63,240 nt of DNA, from NCBI GenBank assembly GCA_046483495.1, contig JAWODC010000060.1, positions 1 to 63,240 of the forward strand. The letters are read 5' to 3'. Each line of letters opens with the position of its first letter. Position 1 is the stretch's first letter. Positions 21,201 through 26,239 of the stretch are shown here, piece by piece. A program made the translations under genes and the position numbers. The DNA is from Desulfobacterales bacterium. GTDB taxonomy: Bacteria > Desulfobacterota > Desulfobacteria > Desulfobacterales > UBA5616. The notes under the pieces are model-generated. The model was not told where the DNA came from and searched no databases. It worked only from the letters and a program-made list of their open reading frames with translations.

Positions 21201-23864
21201 GTCCTCGAAAACGAAGGTATTGGTTGCCGAGCCGCCGATGATGTTCTCGATGCCGGCCGAGGCGCCAAGGGTGTTGGTGCCGTCCGTAACCGACACCGTG
21301 CCGTCTTCATGTAGAGTAAATGTCAGATCCATCCCGACCGCCGAAAAGTCGAGAATGTCCTCGTCGATCGTACCCCCGCTGATGATGGTGTAATTTCCCC
21401 AGCCGTCGTCGAAGACGAAGACATCGTCCGAGCTGCCGCCGATGACATTTTCGATCTTCGTCCCCGTGGCGGAATTCGTTCCCTCGGTGACGGTAACCGC
21501 TCCCGCCGCGAAGGTGAAGGTCATCGCTTTTGTCACCGCAGAGAAATCGAGGGTGTCGCTGTCGGTGTCGGATTCATCTGTGGCGGTATCCAAACCCCAG
21601 TTATTTACGAAATAGAATGTGTCGTCGAAATCGGTCCCCTCGAAAGTGTCCGATTCCGGACCGCCCAGGACACTCTCGATGTTGCCGATGTCGCCGGTCA
21701 CGTCAGTGGCGGTGGGGGTCGTGCTTCCAAGGGAAACCGCGACCCCGCCGCCCGTGTGATTGTCGTAGGCCAGGGTGTCGAATCCCGCGTCGGCCGCTTC
21801 CGTGATCGACTGGGTCCCACCGGTGACGACGTAAATGTCGTCTCCCGCCCCACCGGCCAGAGAGTCGCCTTCCCCGCCCCCGGCCAGGATATCATCGCCT
21901 TCCCCGCCGATAAGCGTGTCGGCGCCTAAGCCGCCGGCGAGCAGGTCATTCCCCGCTCCGCCGTCCAGGACATTTGCGTTCGCGTCGCCGCTAATCGCAT
22001 CGTTCCCGGAGCCGCCGGTGACGTTCACGAAATGGCTGATGCCCAGAGTCCCCGTGGCCGTCCCCGCCGAAAGGTCTACCGTAACCGGACTTGTATAGGC
22101 GGAGTAGTCCAGGGTGTTGGTGCCGCCCGTACCGCCGTCGATCGTTCCATCGATGCTTCCACCCTCTTCGAAGACAAACCGGTTGTCCCCGCTTCCGCCC
22201 TCGACCGCCTCGATGCCCCCCGTCTCTTCAAGCTGGTTCGTTCCGGACAAGACCGAAATCGAGGCGTTGGCATTGATGGTGAATGTCAGGTCGGCGGATA
22301 CGGCGGAAAAGTCGAGCGTGTCGGTGCCGGTCACGCCGCCATCCCAGATGCTGTCCTCTCCCCAGGCACCGGAAAAATGGAATGTATCCGACCCTTCCCC
22401 GCCGTCGAGGATGTCGTTGCCTCCGCCGCCGGTGATGTCATCATCGCCCGCGCCGCCGGTAAGCTCGTTGGCGTTTTCATCGCCCTTCAGCGTGTCCGCC
22501 CCTGCTCCGCCGATAACATTGCGGATATTGGAAATACCGCTGGTCCCCGGTGCCGTCCCGGACGATAGATCGACGGTTATCCCGCTCGTATAAGCGGAGT
22601 AGTCCAGGGTGTTGATGCCGCCCGTTCCCCCGTCGATGGTTCCCACGAAGACTGCCCCGTCCTCGAAAACGAAAGTGTTGTCCCCCTTGCCGCCTACAAT
22701 CCTTTCCATGCCCGCGGCGTTGTCCAGGGTGTTAACCCCGTCCGTCACGGAAACAGCACCGCCGACATGGATGGTATAGGTCAGGTTTGCCTCCACGGCG
22801 GAAAAGTCGAGAACGTCGCTGCCGCTCGAATCCGTGATGACATCCGAGCCCCAGCCATCCGAGAACAGGAATGTGTCGTTTCCCGAACCGCCGGTGATCG
22901 TGTCTTCGCCGGTGCCGCCCGCGATCGTGTCCGCTCCGGTCCCGCCTGAAATGACATTGTTGCCGGTACCGCCGGTCAGGGTGTCGTCACCGGCTCCGCC
23001 GACTATGTTATCGATGTTACTGATACCGGAGGTTCCCGTTGCCGTTCCCGCAAAGAGGTTTACTGATACGTCCGAGGTGTAATCCGAGTAATCCAGGGTG
23101 TCCGACCCGGCCGTCCCGCCGTCGATCGTTCCTACCAAGATTTCCCCGGTCCCAAAGTCAAAGAGGTCGCTACCCATGCCGCCAATGAGCGATTCCATTC
23201 CCGATGCCGAGATCGATCCGCCTACCCAGCCTGTCACCGAGATGGCTCCGCCTGCGCCAATGCTGAAGGTGAGATCCTCCGTGACAAACGCAAAGTCAAG
23301 GGTGTCGGTTCCACCGGAACCCCCGGTGATGCTCCCGGTCAAAGCACCGCCATCCAAAAAGACGAACTTATCCGAATTGTCCGCAGCGCCTGTGAGGTTT
23401 TCGATGCCGGAAAAGGAAACGTTACCCGTCTCGCCGGTATTGGGGCCGGTGATGTTCCACGTGCGGTCGCCGTCACCGGTGAATTCCAGAACGTCTCTGT
23501 CCGCTGTGGTATCCGTGAAGAACACGGGGATGTCGAACGGGTCGGTCATATCGATGGTGACGGCATCGTCGGATTCGGAACCGAAAATGCGGACCCCGGT
23601 CGTTTCGGAGAAGGCCTGGGCCGCCACAATCTGGGTGGTCGGGTCGGCATCATCGTTGTTGATCAGTTGAAGGGTATCCACGCCGTCGACCTGGTTTAGA
23701 GCCAGCGTCAGATCATTAACACCGCCGCCCATCGAATAGGACAGATCCGCTGAAAGCAATAACCGGGGTTCCAGCGGTTCGATTACGGCTTTTCGTCGGT
23801 ACACTTTAGCCGCGGCGGCTTGCTTTTTACGGGCCAATCGTCTTAAATTTCTGGCAAGACCCAT
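210..23864 (-). CDS. Giant LEPR-XLL domain, RTX-repeat surface/secreted protein (~7,884 aa), probably C-terminally truncated
   Basis: Single ORF. AGGAGG RBS precedes the ATG at 23864 (the ORF track extends to 23903). Basic N-terminus followed by IEPLEPRLLLSAD, many GGxGxDxL repeats, and long Gly/Ala/Ser/Val beta-repeat tracts. Ends abruptly at ...MEGESGI*. Confidence 0.9.
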   Translation of the reverse strand: MGLARNLRRLARKKQAAAAKVYRRKAVIEPLEPRLLLSADLSYSMGGGVNDLTLALNQVDGVDTLQLINNDDADPTTQIVAAQAFSETTGVRIFGSESDDAVTIDMTDPFDIPVFFTDTTADRDVLEFTGDGDRTWNITGPNTGETGNVSFSGIENLTGAADNSDKFVFLDGGALTGSITGGSGGTDTLDFAFVTEDLTFSIGAGGAISVTGWVGGSISASGMESLIGGMGSDLFDFGTGEILVGTIDGGTAGSDTLDYSDYTSDVSVNLFAGTATGTSGISNIDNIVGGAGDDTLTGGTGNNVISGGTGADTIAGGTGEDTITGGSGNDTFLFSDGWGSDVITDSSGSDVLDFSAVEANLTYTIHVGGAVSVTDGVNTLDNAAGMERIVGGKGDNTFVFEDGAVFVGTIDGGTGGINTLDYSAYTSGITVDLSSGTAPGTSGISNIRNVIGGAGADTLKGDENANELTGGAGDDDITGGGGNDILDGGEGSDTFHFSGAWGEDSIWDGGVTGTDTLDFSAVSADLTFTINANASISVLSGTNQLEETGGIEAVEGGSGDNRFVFEEGGSIDGTIDGGTGGTNTLDYSAYTSPVTVDLSAGTATGTLGISHFVNVTGGSGNDAISGDANANVLDGGAGNDLLAGGLGADTLIGGEGDDILAGGGEGDSLAGGAGDDIYVVTGGTQSITEAADAGFDTLAYDNHTGGGVAVSLGSTTPTATDVTGDIGNIESVLGGPESDTFEGTDFDDTFYFVNNWGLDTATDESDTDSDTLDFSAVTKAMTFTFAAGAVTVTEGTNSATGTKIENVIGGSSDDVFVFDDGWGNYTIISGGTIDEDILDFSAVGMDLTFTLHEDGTVSVTDGTNTLGASAGIENIIGGSATNTFVFEDQGGMDGYIEGAGTNILDYSAYTTTVFLDLSTMDVLYEGLVNGVLTQSYGVAYTTGLKGANNITGIIGGSSANDLLIGPQQDSVWSIDGPNSGTLNTTFEFSEIENITGSADFDDSFTVTAAGSLSGTLSGNAYGLVSSATHLEIPMSLAGVAEGTDTLTFSGGSYTDVTFTAVSADAGVIERDSDKLRFAGFESVVDNSAAENRTFTYPADATARITLGGGVGTGQSWSIEVDGVSYTHTAGESDDLEDVVAGLASQIAAGDYLTIVQDLSILITKTTGGAPVVVADLPVTGFASVEAPTTTDVSLRISEDGAGKLNITPENGEFTPFSFAEPSGHVYVNTGKGDDTITVEQFAITAALAIDGKDGTDSIVFEVQAGSSTKSVSFGTGTTGTTNFNGSTAFTYAHVEEANHLVVKATDGNDQISLSPSGSGYSVSSSNGTFGAVTFNSAIDSLTIDAKKGVDELTLNVGSSTSFSPSLTILADDTENSTADNDVLHLGSGSYASLRFGADWETVDGTGSVVDLVFDARPSIANRVHVFRDYSDNITIVDETDIGTTITSIKDPTGSLTINTGYNAPYTTEYIHIGEDPDNDVRAWGNLNFDLIIDAGTLNKNLDGEDSVTIFGDLTLTGHQLDITSENITINSGVTVSTSYASGTAGDINLTGFHITVGTGARLLAEGSDTEHSGDITIEAMDESALVTPLVDVDVSNVDVTISTDAVIRGRDVTILASADNRRLYAEDGTLTGTAADLLGSLFESLTSIGGAIAVVVGDASIDIAAGSEITARNFKADASVYADVKAVPFLEFGVAPSIGVAVTDAEVNVAGTITATGNAEFRTHTDHSMNVVADTSAIKGISAAIAVSVIVSDANTIISDTALLNIGGDLYVTADTVDRNRTMARSGAGKDGTVALAVAVTVEDGDTNAFLDGEANVAGNVTVKADQLGIDLPISKLYVIPSLGIGTSAQAGVGATSKGDFLDDAKATATGSVITKFKNALAPFIAKAQEKITGTGATYGPEPPADFGSKFDLAGAVAVLVDNNRTISRIGVSPTHTTEAAEPVAIDPGGLVAVTETHTAGGVAGSWYRYIGTEPLSDVSLGAEDFTVTSRWELFEHPHVVAGGFIEVLSTAATAPYVSANASAQNNSDTAGSQNTSEISGAMAISVGILNNIADAYINTNAVVDAAETLTIQAQALSDYTWAWGINLVQALTEQATYTVEDPSDDGEPNGGLSIWGAPDTTIAEFPVDIESGDTVEVEYNHTGTGIAGTWYEAKGALTGVNLVTEDFGDTTKWDVVETTVGDPTYKTTDRIVTINPAALDEETGDTVELRSGNSNGDVGTWYGFKGTTPEVVNLTTEDFTDEDRWEAINPVSRKATNFVTVLSNYLTGDFGVGYFILNDGAQATATGEKLAIAGAVDLLILSDLADARIKSGARINQKTNTGTDQDVVVQAVSHGKAVHIGGNINLPSIGADSTTFKDFGSAVKGSVVTDKTWLPKFGMNAKDGKGAVGITIMGYVGISEALATIEDGAMIHGDSLWVDAETGVLSVDFAASGGDSGKVAVNGVVTFNVIANKTIAQIENGAVIDIDSGIVFDNEDLDPAENGSLVVSAHDDSYVISLTGSVATSQSVGVGASVGVTVVDRNTQAFIGDLVGADPTTANGSIASDGNVHILAESGGFIGTLAVAGAKVSSNPAPPDNPDGDTWKNPGTGGTQGSDGTKQSNADLASWQSKMASVLTEGVEKGKIAGDIAKSVKDSVGGTQQSSSGVGISGSVAVNVVHDDTRAYILNSGPIIVGDADGVVDGLSLHAANTTTVGAIGGAGAYAKGSAGKTSVGVAGGFTINAQYGKTEAFIDHAASLELESLTIEALRRGWTVSLAAGLAAASGQKSYAVGGSVGVNVITCDTTAALMNMDGLVDVDGDVILNALDKTRIIAIGGSAGFGGKAGVGIAIGFSYVENTVSSTIFNLDDFTPAGDLDVMATSDALVISVTGSVGVATGGGGSGGYAGAGTVSINIVNNTTEAKILDTTINDATGDVTLSALDKTSIYTFAGAFAAGKKAGLGGAIAVNTLLNETAAFVENSTITTSGVFDAKAEERGTIVSLAVAGAGSQKLAIAGSIGLNLFDNDIDAHIFNSTITAGAVALTAEDREISVALGGGIAISTSSSAVGAAIGVNLIFNEVTAIVEASTLVSAATIDIDALAKEVLVSVTMGGAGGQKFALGGSVSANVVMSTVEAKVVSGVIGQDENDADIIRASDLDATGDIGISASDKTTAVVVAGGFAISLSSGAVGVAASTIYIENDILATIDGSTVTSTLGGVTLEAGVGQPDRTADPSDLSLGTTGVTMPEISSSSVVNVTFGGAGGSSFAAGFGISVNVINNTIEAGIQNGANVEAYDDVVLSAMDASVIDALAFGGAGSPSGGAAGGAISANVITNAIGTFISEATVRAGVNAAGDTLTNASADVILDSTSSSIIRALAIGASGGSSFAVSVSALGNAVANDVTAQISGSTIWAGGEVALSASDIAPSILPSWMLPEDKQETLDEKLDGSPLEPEANILAIMVSVAGSGNVAVSVSLMGNVVNNDVLANIEDSTILAGINATTRAVLNSNADVMLTSLSDAAIMAITVGVGASGNVAVQATGFGNVITNAVEASITGGSTVRSGGLVDLTAADQSQITSFGLSIAASGSAAVSAIVGANVITNSVIAQIAASTVFSGSTLDIDAATRSTIFSFTGGVAASGGAAVQVTLAANVVTNTTEASIINENIYDDDGNLVDSNASHVDAADDVTLSAEDTSSIDALAFGVSASGGGAVGVAAGANVIANTVGTAITGSSLETDGSLSLISESSSVIRALALGIAGSGGFAVQVTALGNVIANGVTASILDSIIAAMGDVRLYASDLAPSLLPAWMVPEDRADELNENLEDSPVDLEGNILAVMVSVAGSGGVAVNGAFSGNVITNTIAGTIDDSIVLAGATHADAYNSADGLDADDYAITEEGAGVVLDAKSRAAIMALTIGVAGSGAVAVNATGFGNAIANSLEAAIKGGSDVEAGGSVNLEAGDESDIRSAGVSVAGSTVAVGALIGANVITNSVAARIIGSRVKSGKEDFLADDGTTVIIPGLGVRLSAQSDAQIMGFSGGLAVGAGAGLISLTANVITNTTEAVIDGSNLDTEGAIVISAEDTSTIDALAIGVSAGAGAVGVGLGTSVITNTITTAIESSTLETDASLDLDAESASIIRTLSLGVSGGGFAVQVSAMGNAVANTVTSTILDSEVYAYGDVDLSAQDIAPSVIPEWMVGPALHSATLDPDTAVDTSADTIVVGENPWKTGDAVKYDNGGGTDINGIESGETYYIIAVDGEPTKVKLAASKDNAENGIAIDLGSSGTTGTNHQIMGLTADELNRALEDSPIDLDANILAVMVSVSGGGVAVNVGLMGNVVTNTVSTGIENSTVLAGATPSDTYDDTDLDITDFEITQWDADVTMSSLSDARIIALTAGVGVSGIVAANFTGFGNVITNSVQARIAGDATVMAGGLVDLSAEDQSSISSVGLSIAGSGGVSISGIIGYNGIANTVRAQIAGSTVETFTGGVDLAALSDADIFSFVGGVAASGMGAGQLSFAYNDIGNIIDASIVNETVEDVIRRAKVKATGNVTLSADNTSTIDAIAVGLSAAGGGAVGAAASENHIHNSVLTSISQSDVDSSYGSIGLSSESSDVVRSFAAGVAVSTFFSGQATVTINEIGNVTDARITGSTVWARGGVALSAVETAPSSVPVMLLPLAVVEELTDSLDGNTVDSGANIVSFAGSIAGSAGVSAGAAIAANTIANSIKAEIVDSTVTSVLSEVNATADSDSRIATLSAGFSAGTYAANASISTNAIANTIHADIRGASSVSAGGNINLKALDDTAIDSLTFSLAGGVVGAGGSVITNTVSNDVQAYVAGISTSAKARILRAKQISITADSTQNLEALSLGASVGLAAAGASVAWSTVDGLTKAYIGDYVDLGQTGTVDGLSVTANHHINANSEAYGLAAGIGAASINFATVDMAPEVRAYIGNDSNIKVTGDIVVASNLYATGVAEGIGVSAGGLAVGAMIAEVNLGKGNDIYEVASAVGDHTNIEAGALRISANSDDDLFADSAAGSGGVLSGAGADSRVSNDNATLVTLGNSIIDVKTLELSSIRNQDIDSRADAYTLGLLAGTGAVAKNTITGKANIDTNNTTVTAENIFITAVNRLTKQKLEADDSNLRAGSVAIGGGVTILTSGTDIGTDENPLETKITIGAGTTLTVEGVSGSSGNLIVQAYNDITAVDSVRVEAVSGLAGGAAGLSRIDAETLVDIDVDGATLENKSGDVYLTTRSSVSLYPSANLMVVSGLTGVGAADASSLINAENRVDITDATIKGEDVYIYAGRASASALSEPNFLYTIANAEIVTASLLPNITIPVLDADINETNTITITGATRVQSLEDVNLLAQEGIGGEGRARTEGVALSLSMIPYGMEVPDGADVSSTNTVSIGDNVLVEAGINNQSLVHIKPISLNGTDQPSVDTSLGTVKSRLDSLASGEHLLLTHHEKELLGLDPALKYEYAYLTAGEIPLTVSDGIIIHLVTDSFGNGIAGHYYQFELPGGGSESIVLENEDYTVTSRWTDLGASLTPEQQDAYTVYESDVTKNFKTQLDGKLYVIKPLNLDTPTISCVNVTNLLMEQRQTVIEWMISHGTDPEAVARYEVQLEALEATLVDQGLAEWIDGVLVVKKALDMLFVELPDVYASPGSVFIGADDGAQSGFAAMVGDQLNARADAGINILNKSPLLMAVNDAMVKDNRRIAVSGDELVVLTPGNVYFNNMSLSNLDMGIDGLAPVSGQTRVYKAGHDFAAGDAVRFEGITQSGWNALSGVYEVKSVSGDYFTIDFDATGYETYTPDFDLGTVTRVKEITILQDAYLESDYDLGGLDIPDVPQDLYILGRVINENGDLTIENLEGGVNVSGEIRAENVTIRAQGDFNLSTEDWLHTNRDPRQYVDYTALRNLVFDNITGAYDYEVFNDTDGIPGPDGNLSALALENAINNDYSSIVAQGRINITARYLNINGLVQSGTDHVTLDISEDFNPGAYTTSLLDDDGNPLPGISFGAHNIPVDGYYDAAQQAIVVEDIVPTGGSITLAGQIFSTGNGTLRVANGYTDVTIDNQSDYDLVLGRIDVTTFREGEIIIINTAALVKVEYRVAGDQIEETTYTGVFVPATASDISRIDYTAIAYDDYHFGETITYYPTIGLQYVWTEGQEKSHVEVYHYEQKSFNLLGFDWDALAADDSWTDMDIYDRDETPLLESEFVDLSSSGNVPWYAADSAYSVEFYRVPDKIIDLTPDSTIVKWTDTTLDGVTPDNAFYRYIGPSGAEAELSTIDYATASTGDNPTWEQIKDSGTLLTLNAQVANKTFQDPAKDQYYSDFENVTVDEFHDEWGGGWMREKTYYTRITTTTGIKDYFTHTLKADYPVDIEFIQGPISPEITITSGGDIRLQGELAVPHDLGVTPKIEGKITLTADGDIIQTETSAIFGANPTMTAGGSVYFNLQGGQGGNPTGLNITSDKDIEVILVSEDQTSSIIVDQVISIGGNVTLHAPDGVFALDADSLIKGNRIEIYSKRGFVGTAALPIEIDSAAFGMGGLAVRAEGDIYITEIDGDLNLIEPETFPESVEVEASIHSISGDVYLETVDGSIYDAFLELFRPSESIDIENLDPRVQELITAGTFTLDALMYPLSPDLYKTLYPHAEFLGSRIPMSATESPNIIGNNVTIIAGGSTGEIGHVSDMMSIDMTGNFAALSTPEKEVLSIATAADIIGIGYALYEYIGSGLSDVYFTLTKGTLVKNLSDNIVYRYVGEATLFDLSGVDYAQSDKWEATDIDPETYLRDPDSGRFQSDDQDAAFFSGTSWRRIDVDHATGSDPTVPVTVSIVSGDTVLVQLNADSYGLYRYTGSARSMDLVQQDYSNGTVWERLTTERGQRADHATDDDGAVDLSTGDLVLNKFEMENLTLQLWDDVDVDAIDESDPSGYGAFSAASGAGMALQTMGGFNIDSIRAGGNVRLQAHGSITDLNTDSTAAIGGFGDLILLSETGSIGSEADPLRIQLSDSSRLSAQAAGDIVINQVGGSLTIYGETQTIDDLRIAQIDAGGIVQIKVLDGDMYVGKVSSDTYIDLQAPNGSLLDIFDDEDLPSSNVVTPIIGNVYLHSGASGTIGTADNFLEIWIIDGELTSYSIGDTFIHSFGDLYVENMTSTDGDITVQVDGDAFIDRINAEKGIVTLNVDGAIVDYCNDVQGADTDADIDIHALGAVLNADDGVADALKRLETQISNLEANTGTGGIWLDNTGDLIIGGISDQVGIVAGTTVDISAASSITVSEAIDSAAGPVLLDATDDIHVHAPITSGGGTVTLLADRDITFNASGSIDTESGGATVTVRADNDKSGGGAITMADGSYVDATDGFIDMDATGDISLSHLRTTTQVDIDASAGSILDSGDSHLEIVASKAQLQAYGNIGLNANALEAGVAYLEAESSTGGIYLDDRNGLIVGQIGLVGDPVLNTAINGLRAQQTIRVTTTGFMRVREDVESTTADITLQAIDSAAMTLLPHPDGGTTVSALDGSDSDEDLLVEYNADIMAATSVTLLAGDDMLIDAGSTITTDEDGTTAVTDSITLRIDHGDADDNTGVDADGNGYHTGARFDLLGSISTTSLLITGEHDDDTFYLHPESLSGHTRVLGDIGDAAGGTDWFVLDHLPSITGTHDRPGHLLTDGSDGAVLDTIDLDGCGGTDHYVVNIGAGGTAYLVNVQDSGAPNDGSDTLRMHTLDAVGTDAFDWNHPQESGTDPGTNDVFLLRRNFVAYLTPNPVYDPDDADSNEFLTPVQRINYDTSINGRLMVSAGDGDDRFYVDDNSAITTLDGGLGRDLFQIGQVFGTNPNGYDYPEGDRPDDIRTVADDTQNIDLTADSDDMELLRITRGWLSQGITHALTAFGGEGGNTFNVYSNKAVLRMEGESGI

Positions 23865-24827
23865 ACCTACCTCCTGAATGACAACGACAAGGTGTTGGCT
23901 CATCGTTGCCTGTCATCACACCCTTAAATAGGCAACCTATAGATTATAAACGTATTTAGATCATTTTCGCTGTTCCGCCTACATCCGGAAGACGGAAAAA
24001 ATCCCATTATTGCAGGTATCTTTTATACCTGTTCAATTCTTTTTTGATATTGTACCTTGGTACGAGACCGGCTTTTTCAAGCCTGTGACGAAAAGACCTC
24101 ACCGTATCGGCTGCACCCGATGAACCCCCAGCAATCCGGGCGGCCGAATCGGCACATGCGGTAGAGCCCCATGAAACAGCAAATCAACACTCATGCAACT
24201 TTTTTCAATGCCACTTTCTGACAAAATGCGTCGAACACGTTAAAAGACTTTAGCGTTTGGTGAAACTTTTCAAAAATGAAGCGGGTGATGCGAAGATCTC
24301 ATTGCGATAAAAAAGGTTGGAATTTCTGGTTCTTGACACCGTAAGGGCGTCCTGGAGATGAACGGCAGGTCGAGTTTTCAAATAAACCGGCGATTGCCGA
24401 TGATGCGGCGAAGGTGAACTTTCAATTTTTGGAGAAGCCGTTGACAGCATCGTGAACTCTTTTGATGAACCCTCGAAAAAAAGATTTTATAGATAGTATA
24501 CGTTTAACAGGAACAAAGGATATCGTCAAGAAAATATTATTAATTATTACGAATGGTTTTGTACTTTTAAAGCGGTTTAAAAGTGGGCATGAACCGCGGG
24601 TTCAGCAAGGACCAGGCCCCGAATCGCTTATGCTACAATGGTTGGGATGGCGTGCTTCGGATAATGTCTTATTTTTCATGGGACGGTGCGGATTGCTTGC
24701 GGAAAAGTATTGTGTTTTATGGGCTCCGGACATCCAACGATTTCGTTTTTGCATTCCATGGACATCCGAAACCATCAACACCGCGTTGCCTGTTTTTTTT
24801 ATTTAGAGGCTGCGAAGACCCTTTTTT

Positions 24828-26159
24828 TCAATACGTGCCGACCGCCCGCTGCAAAAAGGCATGGGCCAGGTGATAGTCGTACAACGCCCGGTAATAATTG
24901 ACCCGGGCGCGGGTCAACAGGGTCTGGGCGTCCAGAACTTCAGTAATGGTCGTCATTTGTGCCTTGTAGGATTCTTCGTTTACCCTCAGGTTCTCTTCCC
25001 CCTGTTCAACGGCCTTGCGCGTCACCGGAATGTTCTCCTCGGCCGTTTCGAGGCCGAGCATCGCCTCCTTTACATTGAGGATGATGTTGTCCTGCACGGC
25101 GTTCCGGGTTTTTTCAAGCTCTGTTTTCGTGCTCTTTTGCTCCTGCACGGCATAGTAGGTCTTTCCCCACTCCCAGACGCTCCAGGACGCCACCGCCATG
25201 GCTTCCCACCGGTCGCCGTCATGATACAGGCTGCCGGACACATCCGGTTTGTCGCCTTCTTTGATGAAGCTGTAGTTCATGCTGATTTCAGGATAATACC
25301 CGCTTCTTGCATACCGGATCTGCTGCTCCGACTGTTCTATGCTGTTGTCGATCAGGGCCATTTCGGGGCGGTTGGCAAGGGCCACCTCGATCATTTTCTC
25401 GAACACGACATCGGCGTTCACCCGGACGAGGATATCCTCCACCTCAGCAGGGGCATCCACCGGACGCGAGAGAAGGGTGTTGAATTCCGACCGCGCCAGC
25501 CTGGCATCGTTCACCGCCTGGACCAGGATATTGCGGGCATTGGCCAACTCCAGTTCCGCTTTGAGCAGATCGTTGATCGGTATCATTCCCGCCCGATGGA
25601 AATTTTTGGTGACCTCCACGTTCGACAACAGTGACGCCACTTCCTTTCGGACGACCTCCACGGCTTTATCCACAATCAGGATGCCGAAATAGGCATTTTT
25701 AACCTCAAGCGCCAAATCCAGCCGGGCCAACTCGATTTCCATCTTCGACCTGTCGACTCCCAGCCTTGCGATATCATATGCGCTTAGCAGGGCAAAACCG
25801 GTAAACACAGGCTGCGTGAGGGTCGCCCGCCACTGGTAATTGTCCTTTGAGCTTGTTGGAATTTCCTGCGTCAACCCATAACGGTAGGTCGTCTCATCGT
25901 CGAACCGCGTGTAGGCATAGTCCGTATTGACCCGAAACAACAGATCCGACCGCCTCTGGCTTCGCTCATACCGGGCCTGCACCAGCCGTTCTTTTTGCGC
26001 CCTAAACGACCAGTTCTTCGCAAACGCTTCATGGATGCTGTCTTCCAGGGTAAACACTACTTCATCCTGGGCGTACAGCCGATGCGAAAAAGCCGCTAGT
26101 AGCAGCATCATTGCCCCAATGAAAATCGTAACTCCCGGTGCCACTGTATTTCTTCTCAT
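24828..26159 (-). CDS. TolC-family outer membrane efflux protein
   Basis: 443 aa. Signal-peptide-like N-terminus, two OEP-like halves (LTQPVFTGF; YYPEISM...VWEWG), C-terminal EVLDAQ...L.RAVG pattern. Confidence 0.9.
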   Translation of the reverse strand: MRRNTVAPGVTIFIGAMMLLLAAFSHRLYAQDEVVFTLEDSIHEAFAKNWSFRAQKERLVQARYERSQRRSDLLFRVNTDYAYTRFDDETTYRYGLTQEIPTSSKDNYQWRATLTQPVFTGFALLSAYDIARLGVDRSKMEIELARLDLALEVKNAYFGILIVDKAVEVVRKEVASLLSNVEVTKNFHRAGMIPINDLLKAELELANARNILVQAVNDARLARSEFNTLLSRPVDAPAEVEDILVRVNADVVFEKMIEVALANRPEMALIDNSIEQSEQQIRYARSGYYPEISMNYSFIKEGDKPDVSGSLYHDGDRWEAMAVASWSVWEWGKTYYAVQEQKSTKTELEKTRNAVQDNIILNVKEAMLGLETAEENIPVTRKAVEQGEENLRVNEESYKAQMTTITEVLDAQTLLTRARVNYYRALYDYHLAHAFLQRAVGTY

Positions 26160-26239
26160 TTCATTTCCTCTTCAGGCCGGTTCAGGTCAACCCAATTCAC
26201 CCCGCTGTGATAGAAGGCCATTAAAGCGCCATGTCCCCC

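Noticed and set aside
303..23670. Many long plus-strand ORFs (e.g. 303-3518, 4713-6383, 9600-11516)
   Set aside because: Antisense shadows of the GC-rich, codon-biased giant gene, with no recognisable motifs.
23865..23903. ORF-track start of the giant gene at 23903
   Set aside because: The AGGAGG RBS lies just before the ATG at 23864, which is the more likely start.
24193..24214. Sigma54-like TGGCA...TTGCA on the minus strand
   Set aside because: GG-to-GC spacing is 14 nt rather than the required 10.
24250..24901. Short ORFs in the tolC-giant gene spacer
   Set aside because: Overlapping, mostly non-ATG starts, no clear RBS or motifs.
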